Assembly: GCA_018238155.1 (NCBI GenBank)
Contig: JABCTZ010000019.1
Coordinates: forward strand, 131,774-195,773
Origin: Candidatus Heimdallarchaeota archaeon
GTDB taxonomy: Archaea; Asgardarchaeota; Heimdallarchaeia; JABLTI01
DNA length: 64,000 nt
Direction of reading: 5' to 3'
Part shown: in pieces, positions 61,642 to 64,000 of the stretch
How positions within the stretch are numbered: the first letter of the stretch is position 1
Layout of the letters: each line of letters starts with the position of its first letter
Translations under genes and position numbers: made by a program
Notes under the pieces: model-generated
Told to the model about the DNA's origin: nothing
Databases searched by the model: none
What the model saw: only the letters and a program-made list of their open reading frames with translations

Positions 61642-61815
61642 TTATTGACTCTGCTCTTTTTCATTATTTTTGTCAGATGTATTAGCAAATAGTGTTCACT
61701 AATAATATTCAAATCTCTAGCAAGCAATACAGTTTGAAAACTTTTCACAAAAATGCTTATTAAAGAGATGAAATAACCTTATCTAAAATAATGCGAGTAT
61801 TGAATTGAGGGAATA

Positions 61816-62217
61816 ATGATTGGTCCAGAAATAATTAACGCAATGTTTTGGTTATATCTAGTTAATGCCGTTTTGCTTATTCTACATGAGATTGATTCAG
61901 CTTACTGGAAAGAATGGGAATTATTCAAAATACCTGGAGGAGTAACAAGTTTCTTAATAATGCATATTCCATTGCTTTTGGCAATAATTTTTGGATTAAC
62001 TACAATAGAGAAATGGCCAATAGTAGGAATAGTATTTTCATTCCTTGTAAGTGCTGGTGGATTATTTGCATTCACAATTCATACTATATTCATCAAGAAA
62101 GGAAGAGAAGAATTTACAACAAAAACCTCTCTCTCTATTCTAGTTGCAACTTTGATTGTTTCTATAGCACAAATAACAGTAACGATTTTGACTGTAATAT
62201 ATCAAATGAGTATTTAG
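61816..62217 (+). CDS. Small 4-TM membrane protein (DUF6713-like)
   Basis: LLILHEIDSAYWKEWELF motif, four hydrophobic helices. Confidence 0.75.
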   Translation: MIGPEIINAMFWLYLVNAVLLILHEIDSAYWKEWELFKIPGGVTSFLIMHIPLLLAIIFGLTTIEKWPIVGIVFSFLVSAGGLFAFTIHTIFIKKGREEFTTKTSLSILVATLIVSIAQITVTILTVIYQMSI

Positions 62218-62323
62218 GAAAAAACTGAAACATCTACAAAAAAATAGCTTATTTGCAAAAATAAAATCTGCTAAAAAAGAACTAAAAAAAGAATAAAGAT
62301 AAGGTAAAAATTACCCTATACAT

Positions 62324-63538
62324 TTAGAGCGGTATATCTTTTCCTCCTCCGCCACCTCCTCCTCCTATGATTTTAGTGCCAGAGCTTGAAAGTTTCCAAG
62401 ATACTAGTTGAGTGCTAAATATACCTAATGATAGTCCTGAATCGTAAAGAACTAATTGGTCAAGGATATATAAGTTACAGATCATTCTAACGTTATAGTA
62501 TTTCTGTTTTGTAACACCATTTTGAACGTATTTCTGACCCCAGAAGGTATAGTATGTAGTACTGTGTGTTAAGCCCAAAAAAATAAAACGACCCCAACCA
62601 AACTCCTCATATGTACAATCGTAACTAATGACTGTTCTGGAATCTACAACATATTCAGCAAAGAGAAGATTTAATTTAAACATGAAGAAGTTAGAAAAGC
62701 TTTGGAAATTAGAATATACACTCAATAATTGTATAATGAATGTAATTGGTGTAATGCTTCTTCCAAATAGTTTGAAGATACCATAAGTAATAGCCGTAGT
62801 GAAAGAGGAACCTATAATAAATGAATTTCTATTAAGAAACTCAGCAAAAACATCATAAATAGATATTTTGCCTTTTCCACGAGCGGTATAAGTGCCTGTT
62901 ATTCTTGTCCATAAAGTTTCTTCAGGGAATAACATATATTCAAAATCGTTGCTAATGCTACTAATAGAGTCGGTAACAAGCTCTTCTTCCTCTAAAAAGG
63001 CACCTAATGCCAATGCAGAGAAATCAACACTGATTCGGTAATCGACGACAGCTTCAAATGGACTTAAAACATTCACTAAAGCTTCTTCATTATTATCATA
63101 AAGATTGAAGCTATAACAAGTAGGAATGATTACAACCTGTTCACTGTTTTGAGTGACAACATTGGATAAATCCAACCAAGCGACTTCTTGCCCAGCAATA
63201 TTAATACCTGCTTCATTACTATGTCCAAAGAGAACAAAGTAGTCTTCAGAATTTTGATCTAAATAGAAATCCAAATGATCTAAACTGACTACTGTTTCTG
63301 TAGTAACATCAATAAAAGGATCCAATTTAATCCTCAAATCATTTACACTCTTAGTCAAAATTTCATCCTCAGCAAAGGAGACTATTGTTATTGAAGGAGT
63401 GCCATTGTTTTCATACACTTCAGTTTTTTTCGCAGGCTCTATTGAGGCCACAAAAGAACCTCCAATCATACTTAGAGATTGACCTAGAAAAATGCCTACT
63501 ATTAAAACAAATATCATCATACGTTTTTTTTCATTCAA
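62324..63538 (-). CDS. Exported protein with a possible caspase/CHAT-like (clan CD) domain
   Basis: Signal peptide; FVLFGHSNEAG and VVIIPTCYS; hydrophobic central segment; Gly-rich C-terminus. Confidence 0.55.
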   Translation of the reverse strand: MNEKKRMMIFVLIVGIFLGQSLSMIGGSFVASIEPAKKTEVYENNGTPSITIVSFAEDEILTKSVNDLRIKLDPFIDVTTETVVSLDHLDFYLDQNSEDYFVLFGHSNEAGINIAGQEVAWLDLSNVVTQNSEQVVIIPTCYSFNLYDNNEEALVNVLSPFEAVVDYRISVDFSALALGAFLEEEELVTDSISSISNDFEYMLFPEETLWTRITGTYTARGKGKISIYDVFAEFLNRNSFIIGSSFTTAITYGIFKLFGRSITPITFIIQLLSVYSNFQSFSNFFMFKLNLLFAEYVVDSRTVISYDCTYEEFGWGRFIFLGLTHSTTYYTFWGQKYVQNGVTKQKYYNVRMICNLYILDQLVLYDSGLSLGIFSTQLVSWKLSSSGTKIIGGGGGGGGKDIPL

Positions 63539-63740
63539 AAATAAAACCTCAGTTTATAATTTCTATATAATTATTCACTTCTTTCCATATAAAACTTTCT
63601 GATTAAAACTCCTCGAAAAAAACTATTATTATTCCATGTTAATTTTTAAAACGTTTTGATCCTTTTACTTAATCATAAAAACTAAAGCTCCCTCGAAAAA
63701 TGATTTATTTGATAATCACTTTTTAAAAAATAAACCAATG

Positions 63741-63755
63741 GTAAAAGTTTAAAAG
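63741..63755 (+). promoter_or_regulatory. Putative BRE/TATA box of tRNA-Thr
   Basis: GTAAAAG-TTTAAAAG about 30 nt upstream of the mature tRNA 5' end. Confidence 0.45.
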
Positions 63756-63783
63756 AAGAGAAAGGAAAAAAAGGACTAACATT

Positions 63784-63891
63784 GCCACCGTGGCTTAGCC
63801 TGGCAGAGCGTCTGACTTGTACGATGAATTGTTTTGACAATCCACCTAAGAAATCAGATGGTCGAGGGTTCAAATCCCTTCGGTGGCTCCA
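63784..63891 (+). tRNA. tRNA-Thr(TGT) with a 31-nt intron at 37/38 (63822-63852); CCA encoded
   Basis: Acceptor stem GCCACCG/CGGTGGC, U73, anticodon stem TCTGA/TCAGA, BHB central helix CTTG/TAAG. Confidence 0.93.
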
Positions 63892-64000
63892 AATTTATTT
63901 TTTTGTGCTTTCCTCTTTACTTTTAGATATTTCATTAGCAACTTGCAGCTCTTTCACTTTTCTTTTTTGAACACAATTTGCTTTGTTTGTGTAATTCAAA

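Overview
AT-rich archaeal chromosome segment, most likely an Asgard (Heimdallarchaeia-like) archaeon. That assignment is inferred from archaeal information genes (Rpp21, aIF-2beta, NMD3, type IA topoisomerase, tRNAs with BHB introns) plus eukaryote-like proteins (a Rab-like GTPase fused to thioredoxin, an SSUH2-like Zn-finger protein). The main discovery is an ~11.1-kb mobile element (~31939-43097). It is bounded by a perfect 22-bp terminal inverted repeat and inserted in the last codons of an Ldh_2-family dehydrogenase gene, whose apparent original C-terminus (LTQYEFPF*) lies on the far side. The element has no DDE, tyrosine or serine recombinase and no PolB. It encodes a 1392-aa protein with an intact Cas1-like integrase domain, a DEAD/DUF1998-like helicase-metallophosphoesterase (one in-frame TAG), a LAGLIDADG-HTH protein, a GC-rich run of six mini-hairpins, and a large TnpB/Cas12f-like nuclease whose 3' end runs into the right TIR. 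Two integrase-less islets sit at the 3' ends of tRNA-Leu and tRNA-Ala, each closed by a decayed copy of the tRNA 3' end. The right part of the window has a HydABC/NuoEFG-like plus double NfnAB electron-bifurcation cluster with five copies of an uncharacterised Cys/His-rich domain.
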